This document shows, in pieces, positions 9,036 through 19,110 of a DNA stretch of 64,000 nt. Source of the DNA: a virus. Lineage: Duplodnaviria; Caudoviricetes. Every line of letters starts with the position of its first letter. Position 1 is the stretch's first letter. The stretch covers positions 582 through 64,581 of IMG/VR virus record IMGVR_UViG_3300021964_000054. One strand, written 5' to 3'. Made by a program: the position numbers and the translations under genes. The notes beneath the pieces were generated by a model that was given only the letters and a program-made list of their open reading frames with translations, ran no database searches and was not told the origin of the DNA.

Positions 9036-9665
9036 ATGAGTTTTAAAGCAGAAGACAAACCTAAAAAACACATCAGTGAGTTAACAAAAGAACTCAAGCC
9101 TTTTTGGGAAAGCCTGTTTGATGCCTATGAAATAGGTAATCCAACATTTGGAGCAAAGCTAGGCTATATGGGTAAAGAGTTTGGAGAACCACGAGTTGCA
9201 TGTGTTAGGTTTTTTCCTAATGAATTAAGCAGTGGTAATGATTATTATCTAGAATTGTTCAATTGGGATCAAGATCCTTTTCATGAAGGTCAGAGAGTTT
9301 TGTATAGACATAAGTTTGATTCTGAGTGGGAGAAAAAGATTGGATCTAAGTATGTAGAAGTAGAAGTTGCATCTTTATCTACCCCTACATATGCTGTTAA
9401 AGTTTCTGATCTTGAATTAGTTAACGAGACAGACATTAAAGCAGCTTATCCAGAACTTGATACCAATACTGCTTCTGAAAAAGATGAGGTTCCTTGGCAT
9501 GAAGATGAGGAAAAGCAAACTGAGATGTTCATTGAGCAAGAAGATGATCATTATACAAAGATGACGATTAGAGACTTGTACTGCATGATGAATGAAGTAC
9601 CTATGTCAAATAAAAAGTGGTTAAATACATTAATTAAAAATGGTTCAGAATGGAAGAAAAAGTAA
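9036..9665 (+). CDS. hypothetical replication-region protein
   Basis: ATG at 9036 (MSFKAEDK) just after DnaB stop; C-terminal MTIRD motif. Confidence 0.7.
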   Translation: MSFKAEDKPKKHISELTKELKPFWESLFDAYEIGNPTFGAKLGYMGKEFGEPRVACVRFFPNELSSGNDYYLELFNWDQDPFHEGQRVLYRHKFDSEWEKKIGSKYVEVEVASLSTPTYAVKVSDLELVNETDIKAAYPELDTNTASEKDEVPWHEDEEKQTEMFIEQEDDHYTKMTIRDLYCMMNEVPMSNKKWLNTLIKNGSEWKKK

Positions 9666-10414
9666 AAGTAAAAGGTGTTAAACTTCCCACAAAAAAAGTA
9701 AAGGCTATTAGTCAAAGTCCCAAAAACATGATTATTTTCAGCAAGCCTAAAGTTGGTAAAACAACTTTGTTATCACAATTAGATAACTGCTTAATCATAG
9801 ATTTGGAAGATGGTTCTGATTATGTAGATGCCTTAAAAGTTAAAGCGAGTTCTGTAGCTGACATCAAGGAGATTGGAGAGGCTATAATTAAGGCAGATAA
9901 GCCTTATAAGTATATTGCATTAGATACAATAACCGCATTAGAGACAATATGTATTCCTTATGCTGAACAATTGTATTCAAAAAGTCCAATGGGCGCAGCA
10001 TGGTTTGAGAAAGGTAAACCTAAATATGGGAGCATATTAAATATGCCAAATGGTGCAGGTTATCCTTGGCTTAGACAAGCTTTTGAGAAAGTTATTGGAT
10101 ATGTTAAGACATTAGCACCACATATCATTCTTATTGGACACATAAAAGATATTCTTCTTGAGAAAGGTGGATCAGAATTTAGTGCGCTAGATTTAGATCT
10201 TACAGGTAAACTTAAAAGAATATCTACATCACAATCAGATGCAGTTGGTTATCTTTACAGAAAAGGTAATCAGAATATTTTGAGTTTTAAGACAAGTGAT
10301 GAAGTATCTTGTGGAGCTCGTCCAGAGCACCTTAGAAACAAAGAGATTGTTATCTCTGAAATGAAAGAAGACGGATCTATCCAATCAAATTGGGATAAGA
10401 TCTATATTGATTAA
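9650..10414 (+). CDS. AAA_24/Sak4-like ATPase
   Basis: SKPKVGKTT, IIDLEDG, LDTIT, ILIGH, DAVGY. Confidence 0.85.
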   Translation: MEEKVKVKGVKLPTKKVKAISQSPKNMIIFSKPKVGKTTLLSQLDNCLIIDLEDGSDYVDALKVKASSVADIKEIGEAIIKADKPYKYIALDTITALETICIPYAEQLYSKSPMGAAWFEKGKPKYGSILNMPNGAGYPWLRQAFEKVIGYVKTLAPHIILIGHIKDILLEKGGSEFSALDLDLTGKLKRISTSQSDAVGYLYRKGNQNILSFKTSDEVSCGARPEHLRNKEIVISEMKEDGSIQSNWDKIYID

Positions 10415-10437
10415 TCTATAATTTAAATTTAAAAAGT

Positions 10438-11184
10438 ATGTTTAAAGCAACAGACGCAGGTACAGGAGGAGCAAGTAAAATCCTCAAACCAGGAACACAC
10501 TTATGTCGTATTGTAGACATTAGAGTAGAAACTCCACCTTATGACAGCAACAATCGCCAAATTCAATTAGTATTGGAAGGGATAGATCAAGGAGACAGTT
10601 TTGAAGGTGTCTTTATTGATAAGGATAAACCAGAACTAGGGAAATACAGAGGGATGGTTGCAACTGTTAAGCATGATCTTTATGATGTTAAAGATTTTGA
10701 ATGGCAAGGAGAAAATATTCCCAAAGAACAGCAAATCTATAATTGGATAAACAAATTGGCAAGAGGTTTAGGTGCTCTAGGAGAAATGAACGCTAACAAT
10801 GTATCCGGTGAAACAATTGAAGATTATGTTTCTGAAGCAAAAAAGTATATTGTTAATCCAGATGTATGGGCTTACTTTACTATTTGTGGTAAAGAGTACT
10901 ACACTGAGGGGTACAATCAACCAAACTACAGGTTATTCTTAGCATGCAAAAGTATGCTTGATAAAGAGGATAGACCTAAATACAAAAACAAGAATCCGTT
11001 TATCTTAGCGGAAGACAATTCTGATGAATATGTGGCAGAATTACTAAATAGCGATAAGTTTATTAACTTTGATCCTGCTATTCATATTATAAAAGCTAAA
11101 GCTCCTGAAGCTCCTGCAGAGATAGATAGTTTTAGTTCAAACGGGCAAGCAAGTGATAGTCAGGGATCTGACCTTGATTTGTAA
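10438..11184 (+). CDS. putative single-stranded DNA-binding protein
   Basis: LKPGTHLCRI N-terminus, acidic C-tail, position after Sak4-like ATPase. Confidence 0.55.
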   Translation: MFKATDAGTGGASKILKPGTHLCRIVDIRVETPPYDSNNRQIQLVLEGIDQGDSFEGVFIDKDKPELGKYRGMVATVKHDLYDVKDFEWQGENIPKEQQIYNWINKLARGLGALGEMNANNVSGETIEDYVSEAKKYIVNPDVWAYFTICGKEYYTEGYNQPNYRLFLACKSMLDKEDRPKYKNKNPFILAEDNSDEYVAELLNSDKFINFDPAIHIIKAKAPEAPAEIDSFSSNGQASDSQGSDLDL

Positions 11185-11205
11185 GCCTTTTTTTTCATAG
11201 TTGAG

Positions 11206-11236
11206 AGGGTGTCATTAGTTTGACACCCTTTTTTTT
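11206..11236 (+). terminator. intrinsic terminator
   Basis: AGGGTGTCA-ttagtt-TGACACCCT followed by T-tract. Confidence 0.85.
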
Positions 11237-11243
11237 ATCTTTG
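11236..11243 (+). promoter_or_regulatory. Bacteroidota -7 element TATCTTTG upstream of primase
   Basis: Consensus match 5 nt before the primase ATG. Confidence 0.5.
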
Positions 11244-11248
11244 AGCCT

Positions 11249-12244
11249 ATGTTTTCAAGCAATCATTATATAGAAGATGTAAATGACATACCACCAAGGT
11301 GGATTTTTGAGAACTATCTTGATTTAAATGTACCATTGAACGGTAATAGAGTAAGGATAAAAAGTTTATTCAATCCTGCAGACAAAACTCCTTCCATGTT
11401 TATTTACTATAACAGGGATTGTAACTGTTATAAGTTTAAATGCTTTTCAACAGGAAAAGGAGGAGGTGCTGTAGATTTGATGATGCATATTTGGAATGTA
11501 GATTTTAAACAGACTTGTGACAAAATCATCAAAGACTATAGTGACTATCTAAAAGATGGAAAATCCCCAGAAAAACAAACTTTTGATTTAGTTACCTGGG
11601 TTCCTGGTTCTTTTGAGCATAGGAAGTGGACAACAGCTGATGCAAAATACTGGTCACAGTTCAATATTGGAAGTGACCTTTTAGAAGAGCATGGTGTATA
11701 TCCATTGAAGTCTTATAAGATGTTTAAATACAACTCTGATGATACAATTGTAGATTCTTTTGAAATTTGTGGAAATCATATATATGGTTTTTATGATACA
11801 AAAGGAAATCTATGCAAGATATACCAACCTTACAAAAAAGAAAGAAAGTTCATAAAAATAACTGACTATTTACAGGGAAGCGATCAACTTAAAGCAAACA
11901 AATACTTAGTAATAGCATCATCCCTTAAAGACATAATGACCATAAAAAGCTTAGGCTTTAGAGTTGACGTAGTTGCTCCTCATAGTGAGAATACTTTAAT
12001 TAGCAGTGAGATCATGAAGACATACAAGAAACTATACAAAGCTGTTGTTTCTGTACTGGATAGTGACCAGGCGGGTATAAATGCTATGAAAGAATATGAA
12101 GAAGCATATGGAGTACCATTTTGTTATCTACCTTTAGAGAAAGATATCAGTGACATCGTTAAACATCATGGAAAAGATGTTGCGCTGCGGGAATTATCTC
12201 CAAAGTTAGACAGAGCAATAGAAAAATATCTTCAGAAAAATTAG
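11249..12244 (+). CDS. DNA primase (crAss-like, TOPRIM)
   Basis: SLFNPADKTPS..FKCFSTG N-domain; KIYQP; SSLKD; DSDQAG; KDISD. Confidence 0.85.
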   Translation: MFSSNHYIEDVNDIPPRWIFENYLDLNVPLNGNRVRIKSLFNPADKTPSMFIYYNRDCNCYKFKCFSTGKGGGAVDLMMHIWNVDFKQTCDKIIKDYSDYLKDGKSPEKQTFDLVTWVPGSFEHRKWTTADAKYWSQFNIGSDLLEEHGVYPLKSYKMFKYNSDDTIVDSFEICGNHIYGFYDTKGNLCKIYQPYKKERKFIKITDYLQGSDQLKANKYLVIASSLKDIMTIKSLGFRVDVVAPHSENTLISSEIMKTYKKLYKAVVSVLDSDQAGINAMKEYEEAYGVPFCYLPLEKDISDIVKHHGKDVALRELSPKLDRAIEKYLQKN

Positions 12245-12252
12245 TATGTTTG
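12245..12252 (+). promoter_or_regulatory. Bacteroidota -7 element TATGTTTG
   Basis: Directly after the primase stop, 18 nt before the GIY-YIG ATG. Confidence 0.45.
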
Positions 12253-12270
12253 CCTATAATCTGAAGACTT

Positions 12271-12732
12271 ATGATTAATTGGCAATGTGACTTCAACAAG
12301 AAGACAAGATTTGTTTCTTGTATTGAAGATTTTGACAGCCATGAGAATCTTGTTGGCTTTGTGTATAAAATCACAAACTTAAAGACCGGCAAGTTTTATA
12401 TTGGTAAAAAGAGCTTTTTTCACACAAGAAAAACAGCTATCTCTAAAAGAGAAAAAGCCCAAACTGGAACCAAAAAAAGATTTAAGCGAGTATCTAAAGA
12501 GTCAAATTGGTTGACTTATTATGGATCATGTAAAGAGCTTAAAGACGATATAGGCCAAATGGGAGCTGATCTTTTTAAAAGAGAAATCCTTGAAGTATGT
12601 TGTACTAAAAAGTATCTAGGATACTGCGAAGTAAAGCATCAAATTATAAATGATGTACTTGGCAAAGAAAGCTATAATGGAAACATTTTAGGAAGATACT
12701 ACCCCAAGGACATAGAAAATTGTAACAAATAA
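12271..12732 (+). CDS. GIY-YIG endonuclease
   Basis: GFVYKITN..TGKFYIGKK, YYGS, FKREIL, YNGNI. Confidence 0.85.
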   Translation: MINWQCDFNKKTRFVSCIEDFDSHENLVGFVYKITNLKTGKFYIGKKSFFHTRKTAISKREKAQTGTKKRFKRVSKESNWLTYYGSCKELKDDIGQMGADLFKREILEVCCTKKYLGYCEVKHQIINDVLGKESYNGNILGRYYPKDIENCNK

Positions 12733-12735
12733 TAT

Positions 12736-13779
12736 ATGGCAGCAAGTAAATTTATAACGCCACCGCCTCTTTCAGAGAGGATTTCAAAAGAAGAAGAGTT
12801 CTTTGCGAAGAACTTTTACTTGTCTTATTCAGGATTAAACAAATTGTTATATAGTCCTGCTTTGTTTTATAGTCACTACGTACTTAAACAAAGAGATGAC
12901 AGCTATGATCAGAACATGGTTGAAGGAAGCTTGATTCATTGTCTTCTTTTAGATAAAGAAAACTTTGATGATAAGTTTGTACTTAGCCCAGCTGATACAC
13001 CAAGTGATTCTCAAAGAGATATATTGGATTCTTTATACATTCACTATAAGTCCCTTGAAGACGACTCAAGAGAAGAACTTCATGATTTTTCAGGAGCTGT
13101 TCTAGACTTGTTAGAGGACAGAAACCTGTATCAATCTATGAAAGAGTCAACAAGAATTGATAAAATGATAAACGAAACTACAAATGCTTATTGGGAATAT
13201 CTCAAAAAAGCTGAAGGTAAGTTAATCATTGATCAGGATACTTATGACTTTGCAAGATCTGTAGTAGACAAGATTACAACAAACTCTGTTGTAATGGATA
13301 CTATGGGTTTCTTTGGAGATGAAATGAATGGAATTTCATGCACCAATGAAGTTGAGTTAATGATGGAGGCTGATGTTTCAGACTATCCATTTGGATTTAG
13401 AGGTTTTGTAGATAACCTTGTTATTGACAAAGAGAATAGAATCATTAGAATAAATGATCTCAAAAAAACAAGCAAGACATTGTCTACTTTTCCAGATTCA
13501 ATTGAATATTTCAACTATTGGGCTCAAGCAGCTTTGTATACAATCTTAATAGAGGATGCTTTCTTAAGTCTTCCAATCTATGATGGATGGTCTACTGAAT
13601 TTAGATTCATAGTTGTTGATTCTCAAATGCAAATTGCTCCAATAAAAGTGTCTAGTGAAACTATGGCACAATGGAAGGAGAAACTTAAAGATGCCTTACT
13701 AAAAGCTTCTTACCATTTTGAGAAACGTAATTTTGAAGCACCTTATGAGTTTTTAACTGATAAAGAATTGGTAATATGA
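12736..13779 (+). CDS. PD-(D/E)XK exonuclease (RecE/DUF3799-like)
   Basis: LSYSGL, GSLIHC, RGFVD, INDLKKT, YWAQAALY. Confidence 0.85.
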   Translation: MAASKFITPPPLSERISKEEEFFAKNFYLSYSGLNKLLYSPALFYSHYVLKQRDDSYDQNMVEGSLIHCLLLDKENFDDKFVLSPADTPSDSQRDILDSLYIHYKSLEDDSREELHDFSGAVLDLLEDRNLYQSMKESTRIDKMINETTNAYWEYLKKAEGKLIIDQDTYDFARSVVDKITTNSVVMDTMGFFGDEMNGISCTNEVELMMEADVSDYPFGFRGFVDNLVIDKENRIIRINDLKKTSKTLSTFPDSIEYFNYWAQAALYTILIEDAFLSLPIYDGWSTEFRFIVVDSQMQIAPIKVSSETMAQWKEKLKDALLKASYHFEKRNFEAPYEFLTDKELVI

Positions 13780-14327
13780 TAAAAGATATTTATAGGGATT
13801 ATTTCCAAAAATCATTTACTTTTCTTTACCCACTCTTAGGATTTAAGAGAAAAAAGCATCCCAAGCCAGTGCATACATTTATGTATTGGCCTGGTGAAGA
13901 TGTTAGCAATTGCAATCTTTATTGTCTTTACAAGAAAGATGATAGCGAAACATGGAAGCTTTTTGAAGAAGGCAATTTGATAAATCATGAGAGATTAGAG
14001 AGATGTGAAAACATAGATGATGACCACATTCTTTATGTTTTTAATCTTTCTAGCTTTAAAGATGATTTTGATCACATTGCTAATGGTAAGTATTCTCAAT
14101 TTTCAAGAGAAGCTAAGAAAAGAATATCTGACTATTACGGAGTGCATACTCCTGAATGGGTTTATATTGAATCCTTTTTATTTCCATCAAAGTATTATGG
14201 CATTTATGCTGAAATACTTAATTGTGAAGAAAACCAACTAAAAGATGTTGGTGAACTTTGTCCAAAGTATGATCCTCATAAGGAAACTTTTGACAAGGAT
14301 TCTTTTTTATTAATGGCTAACACATAA
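13776..14327 (+). CDS. hypothetical protein
   Basis: 183 aa, ATGA-coupled; FLYPLLG, GKYSQFS. Confidence 0.75.
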   Translation: MIKDIYRDYFQKSFTFLYPLLGFKRKKHPKPVHTFMYWPGEDVSNCNLYCLYKKDDSETWKLFEEGNLINHERLERCENIDDDHILYVFNLSSFKDDFDHIANGKYSQFSREAKKRISDYYGVHTPEWVYIESFLFPSKYYGIYAEILNCEENQLKDVGELCPKYDPHKETFDKDSFLLMANT

Positions 14328-14337
14328 ATAAATAAAT

Positions 14338-14736
14338 ATGGCAACAAAAAAAATGTACGAAAGCATGCTTGTTTATAGAAGCAACTGGTACGGAAAAGAC
14401 AGTTTCAGAATGATGCCCATTACTGATGATTGTCCATTTTTGGAAGTGATTTTTGATCCTTCTACAAAAGTTCTTGCAGTTATTGGAAGAAGTATGAAAG
14501 ACAAACCTCAAATGGTTCCAAAATTAAATGGCAAAGGGCAGCCAATCACAGTTAAAAGTGCTGAAGGTACAGCTGGATTGGCGGAAGAAAGACTTGTGTT
14601 TGAGTCTTACTATGAATACTATGTTGATGATCCAGAGGATATTAAAAACTTCGTAAAGATGTATGCGTTAAACTTTGATCATCCAGCAGTTAGTATTTTT
14701 GAAACAATTTTTGAAGAAGAAAAAGTAGAAGAGTAA
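14338..14736 (+). CDS. hypothetical protein
   Basis: 132-aa ORF in operon before PolB. Confidence 0.75.
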   Translation: MATKKMYESMLVYRSNWYGKDSFRMMPITDDCPFLEVIFDPSTKVLAVIGRSMKDKPQMVPKLNGKGQPITVKSAEGTAGLAEERLVFESYYEYYVDDPEDIKNFVKMYALNFDHPAVSIFETIFEEEKVEE

Positions 14737-14738
14737 AT

Positions 14739-16709
14739 ATGAGGCCAAAAGAATTCTGGATAATGGACTATGAAACCATTGTGAATTGTTTTGTTGCTGT
14801 ATTTTCTTCTTATTCTTCAGAAGCAAAAAGAGTATTTGTAATTCATGATCTGAGAAATGATATTGAAGAGCTAGTAGAATTTTTGCAAGAAAATGTACAA
14901 CAAAAAGATTGGCATTTTGGTTTTAATAACTTGGCATTTGATGCTCAAATTACTGAGTTTATTCTTAGTAGAGCAGAACATCTCAAAAACATGGAGTCAG
15001 CAAGTGATATTGCAGAAGCAATATATGCCTATGCTCAAAGTGTAATTGAGAAATCTAACAATGGCGAATGGTTGGATTATCCAGAATTTAAGCTTTCTAT
15101 ACCCTGTGTAGATATATTTAAGTTAAATCACTGGGACAATAACGCAAAAAGATCTTCACTAAAGTGGATTCAGTTTACAATGGATTGGCATAACGTAGAA
15201 GAGATGCCGCATCCTCACAATGAATCTGTTAAAGACGAGGAAACATTGCAAGATGTTATTGACTATTGTATTAACGATGTTGCTTCAACTGAAGCGATAT
15301 TTAAACTTGAAGACTCAAAGGGAGAAAGAGTAATGTCTTCTCAGATAAATCTTAGAGCTCAACTTAGTAAAAAGTACAACGTTGCGTTGCACTCTGCTAG
15401 TGAGCCAAAGATTAGTAAGAATATATTTCTTCATTTCCTTTCTGAGAAATTAGGGAGAGACAAGAGAGATATACGTGACCTAAGAACTTATAGATCTAGT
15501 GTTACGTTAAGAGACATAATACTTCCTTACATTAAATTTGAAACTCCTGAATTTACAAGTGTTCTGAACTGGTTTAAAAGTTTAGAGGTAGATACCAGGA
15601 TTTTAGATGAAAGTGATAAGAAGTTAGGTCCTAAGCACCGAATGATGCATAAATGTGTTCCTACTGACTATGCGTTAGGAGGAATACACGGATGTATAAA
15701 GTCTGGTGTTTATGAAGCAGGTCCAGGTAAGAAGATTATGACAGCAGATGTTACATCTTTTTATCCTTTCCTTGCAATTACAAATGGATGGTCCCCAGAC
15801 CAAATACCTAAAGAAGAATTTTGTGAACTTTATAAAGGGTTCTTTGATGAAAGAAAAAAGTATGCAAAAGGCACGCCTTTAAACTACTTGTTTAAAATTG
15901 TCCTAAATTCAACTTATGGTTTAAGTAAGAGTAGATACTCATTCCTATATGATCCTGAGCTTACATTTAGAATTACAGTAAACGGTCAACTGTTGCTGTC
16001 AATGCTATATGAAATGCTGTCAACAAGAATACCAGGATCAATTCCTTTAATGCAAAATACAGATGGTCTAGAATTCATTATTGATGAAGAATATGAAGAT
16101 GAGTTTTATGCTATATGTAAAGAATGGGAAGAGCTGACAATGTTGCAGCTTGAAATTGACGAGTATCAAAAAATGATAATTGGAGATGTAAACAACTACA
16201 TCGCAGTATATAAGAATGGAAAAACAAAATGCAAAGGTAGATTTGAGTTTGAAGGTTTAGCCCTTCATAAGAACAAATCTCATTTGATTATACCTAAAGC
16301 ATTGTATGCTTATTTTGTTTATGGTAAAGATCCTAAAGAATTTTTACAGGAAAACAGAAACATTTTTGATTACTGCATTGGTGCAAAAATTAGAGGCAAT
16401 TGGTATTTTGAAGAACGAGGAGTTGACCAGGGGAACTATTTCTCCAAAAAGCTCCAAAAGCTTGTAAGATATTATGTTTCTAATAAAGGCAACAAGATTA
16501 TCAAATGCAACCCTGATGGCAGGGAAATACAACTAGAAAGTGGACCTCATCTTATGACATTATTTAACCAGTATGAAGAAAAAAGCTGGGAAGATTATGG
16601 TATTGATGAGAAATACTATCTGGACAAAATATATGATGAGATAGAAAAAATAGAATCTGACTCATCAACTTTACCACAAAACGAATCAGTACAACTGAGT
16701 TTATTTTAA
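14739..16709 (+). CDS. DNA polymerase family B
   Basis: Exo DYE, FNNLAFD, YCIND; pol DVTSFYP, KIVLNSTYG, QNTDG, NNYI. Confidence 0.93.
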   Translation: MRPKEFWIMDYETIVNCFVAVFSSYSSEAKRVFVIHDLRNDIEELVEFLQENVQQKDWHFGFNNLAFDAQITEFILSRAEHLKNMESASDIAEAIYAYAQSVIEKSNNGEWLDYPEFKLSIPCVDIFKLNHWDNNAKRSSLKWIQFTMDWHNVEEMPHPHNESVKDEETLQDVIDYCINDVASTEAIFKLEDSKGERVMSSQINLRAQLSKKYNVALHSASEPKISKNIFLHFLSEKLGRDKRDIRDLRTYRSSVTLRDIILPYIKFETPEFTSVLNWFKSLEVDTRILDESDKKLGPKHRMMHKCVPTDYALGGIHGCIKSGVYEAGPGKKIMTADVTSFYPFLAITNGWSPDQIPKEEFCELYKGFFDERKKYAKGTPLNYLFKIVLNSTYGLSKSRYSFLYDPELTFRITVNGQLLLSMLYEMLSTRIPGSIPLMQNTDGLEFIIDEEYEDEFYAICKEWEELTMLQLEIDEYQKMIIGDVNNYIAVYKNGKTKCKGRFEFEGLALHKNKSHLIIPKALYAYFVYGKDPKEFLQENRNIFDYCIGAKIRGNWYFEERGVDQGNYFSKKLQKLVRYYVSNKGNKIIKCNPDGREIQLESGPHLMTLFNQYEEKSWEDYGIDEKYYLDKIYDEIEKIESDSSTLPQNESVQLSLF

Positions 16710-16720
16710 TCCTTATTATT

Positions 16721-17500
16721 ATGAAAAGAACATTGAAAGGAATGGATGCTTACTCCAAAATCTTGGCACGCGAGCTTCCTGAAAAAACAGCAACGTACAC
16801 ACCTATTTCACATGCAGATGTAATTAACCAGGTTAGATCAGAAATCACAAGTGCCGGTTATATTATAACCAAAGAAGAGTATAGGTGTACAAATGATGGC
16901 GATGTAGCCATTGGAATTTTTAGTATGAAATATGAAGAAGATCCTGATATTGAATTATCAGCAAACTTCTTAAACTCTTACAATAAGCAGTATGCATTTA
17001 GATTTGCATTAGGTGCTGTTGTAAAAGTATGTCACAATGGTATGATTTTAAACAATAACAAGTTTGGATCTTACAAAAGAGTTCACAAAGGTGATGCAGA
17101 CATTTTGGCTGAAGGTAAAATTAAAGAATTCATTGAAGACTCATCAGAGTATTGGGAATCTTTAGTTGAGCACAAAGACAAGATGAAACACATAGTTTTG
17201 ACTAAAGCAGAAATTTATAATGTTTTAGGTAAACTGTTTTATGAAGAGAATCTTCTTAACACTATGCAGTTAAATATAGTTAAGAAGGAGTTAGACCTTC
17301 CTAGCTTTGATTACAAAACTCCAGATGAATCAGCATGGACTCTTTACAATCACATCACTCTTGCATTGAAAGAGTCTCATCCTTCTACTTGGATCAAAGA
17401 CCAGTCTGAAGTGCATAGAGTATTTGATGAACTTCTCACATTACAAGATGAGACTGAAGAACCAATTCTTGATGGAACTGAATTTAGTGTAGAAGAATAA
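16721..17500 (+). CDS. DUF932-like protein
   Basis: YTPISH, NSYNK, VCHNGM, RVHKG, SAWTLYNHIT. Confidence 0.7.
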   Translation: MKRTLKGMDAYSKILARELPEKTATYTPISHADVINQVRSEITSAGYIITKEEYRCTNDGDVAIGIFSMKYEEDPDIELSANFLNSYNKQYAFRFALGAVVKVCHNGMILNNNKFGSYKRVHKGDADILAEGKIKEFIEDSSEYWESLVEHKDKMKHIVLTKAEIYNVLGKLFYEENLLNTMQLNIVKKELDLPSFDYKTPDESAWTLYNHITLALKESHPSTWIKDQSEVHRVFDELLTLQDETEEPILDGTEFSVEE

Positions 17501-17524
17501 AAAAGCCCCCAATTAAGGGGGCTT
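17499..17524 (-). terminator. intrinsic terminator for - strand lysis transcript
   Basis: AAGCCCCC-aattaa-GGGGGCTT with A-tract on its left. Confidence 0.7.
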
Positions 17525-17574
17525 AGAAGAAGAAAAAACCAACTATATGCATGAGCGTATGTTGTCTATTTTAG

Positions 17575-17601
17575 AAGGCCTGGCTTACGCTGGGCCTTTT
17601 T
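17575..17601 (+). terminator. intrinsic terminator for + strand replication transcript
   Basis: AAGGCCTGGC-ttac-GCTGGGCCTT followed by T-tract. Confidence 0.7.
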
Positions 17602-18556
17602 ATAGAGATAGTAACATCTCTACAAGTTTAGGATGTGGATACATATCCACTTTTCCCTTACGAACATTTGTATGTGTCCACAAACCTGGATGTTTTTCCA
17701 CGTAGTCTGTATCACGAAAATCAAATGCTTCAAATGCTCCCTTTTCTTTTATTAGTTCAGGGAGTCCTTTAGTAACATCAATATTATCTCTTTCAGCTAT
17801 ATATAATGTCAGCTTTCTGAGAGATTCAATTTGAGCATCTGTATAATTATGCCAGTATTGATGTCCACGGAACTTTCTTCCAAGATCAAAAATTTGATCA
17901 GGATGAGCTTCAGTTCCTACATATGTGTAAAACTTGTCTGGATCTTTTGATATCCAGGTTTTACCATTAGAATTTCTTTTATAGTAACCTCCTTGAGTAA
18001 GCTGACCAAAACAATTGACCTCAACTCCTACAGAATGTGTGTGAACAGGTCTTCTACCAACTGCTAAATGCCAACCATATCCCCCAGCGGGGAATGCTTG
18101 AACAACTTCTCCATCAAATTGAGAGTCGTTGTTAGTAATTTTTTGACCACCAACACAGAACTCAGTGGCAACTTCACCACGTTTGTCATTACTCCAGTTT
18201 CTGATAGTCTTATATGGATTATTCCAACCTGCAGTATGATGTAAAAAGAACCAACTCTTTTTTGTTGGGCCAGGGAAGTATTCATCTTTAGGCATAAAGG
18301 CTTGGTTAATTACCAATTCTCCATGTCTAATGGTATCATCACCCAAGTCTTCTTTTTCTTCATTGATATGGGTATCAACAAGACCCATCGCTCTGAGTGT
18401 TTTTGAACCCACAATACCATCATCGCTAAGATTATTTTTTGATTGCCATTCTTTAACAGCTTTCTCAGTCATTGGACCAAAATCCCCGTCTGCTGTGATC
18501 CCTAAAAAGATCTGCAATTGCTTTACATTTTCGCCTTTGTCCCCTCTTTTCATCAT
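17600..18556 (-). CDS. endolysin: peptidoglycan-binding domain + N-acetylmuramoyl-L-alanine amidase
   Basis: DGDFGPMTEKAVKEWQ..DGIVG; LHHTAG, SVGVE, THTNVRKGKVD. Confidence 0.88.
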   Translation of the reverse strand: MMKRGDKGENVKQLQIFLGITADGDFGPMTEKAVKEWQSKNNLSDDGIVGSKTLRAMGLVDTHINEEKEDLGDDTIRHGELVINQAFMPKDEYFPGPTKKSWFFLHHTAGWNNPYKTIRNWSNDKRGEVATEFCVGGQKITNNDSQFDGEVVQAFPAGGYGWHLAVGRRPVHTHSVGVEVNCFGQLTQGGYYKRNSNGKTWISKDPDKFYTYVGTEAHPDQIFDLGRKFRGHQYWHNYTDAQIESLRKLTLYIAERDNIDVTKGLPELIKEKGAFEAFDFRDTDYVEKHPGLWTHTNVRKGKVDMYPHPKLVEMLLSL

Positions 18557-19065
18557 TTCAATAAATATCTATTAAGTTTTCCTTTTATTACTCTATATAT
18601 CAGGTATAAAAGAAGAATGAGAAGAATGATTCCACCTGCCCACGCTAAGAAATTAATAAAACCTGGTATATGTTTTTCTTTAACAGTGATTGTTTTTGTT
18701 TGTGTGCGATCAACGTACACAGTATTACCTTTTATTGTTTTGTAAACTGTATCAACTACAGCTCTAGATTTGTACCTGTTATTACGAAGTTCAGTTTCTA
18801 GAGTAGCTATTTCACCTTCTCTTTCAGAAAGGCGAATAGAATACACATTACCTAAAGAATCACAGTAAACACTATCAATAACCTCTACAGTTTCACCTGG
18901 AAGAGTGATAGTTGTATCTCTGTATTTAATAACAGTAACAGTACTATCTTTATTGGGACACAGCTTGCAATATTTGTCAAGCTTGTTTTGAATACGCTTT
19001 GCTCCATCACATGATTGAAGCAATGCAGCTGTAGCAATTACAGCAAAAATAATTAGTTTTTTCAT
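18553..19065 (-). CDS. putative unimolecular spanin (lipoprotein + C-terminal TM)
   Basis: Signal II ...LLQS-C, beta-rich middle, C-terminal hydrophobic helix; overlaps endolysin. Confidence 0.7.
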   Translation of the reverse strand: MKKLIIFAVIATAALLQSCDGAKRIQNKLDKYCKLCPNKDSTVTVIKYRDTTITLPGETVEVIDSVYCDSLGNVYSIRLSEREGEIATLETELRNNRYKSRAVVDTVYKTIKGNTVYVDRTQTKTITVKEKHIPGFINFLAWAGGIILLILLLYLIYRVIKGKLNRYLLK

Positions 19066-19100
19066 TGTAAGAATGTTATTTACATTCCCACCATCCTCAA

Positions 19101-19110
19101 TATAAGATAC
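19101..19110 (-). promoter_or_regulatory. candidate late promoter GTATCTTATA
   Basis: Identical 10-mer at 32660-32669; each 35-38 nt upstream of the first gene of a - strand unit. Confidence 0.45.
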
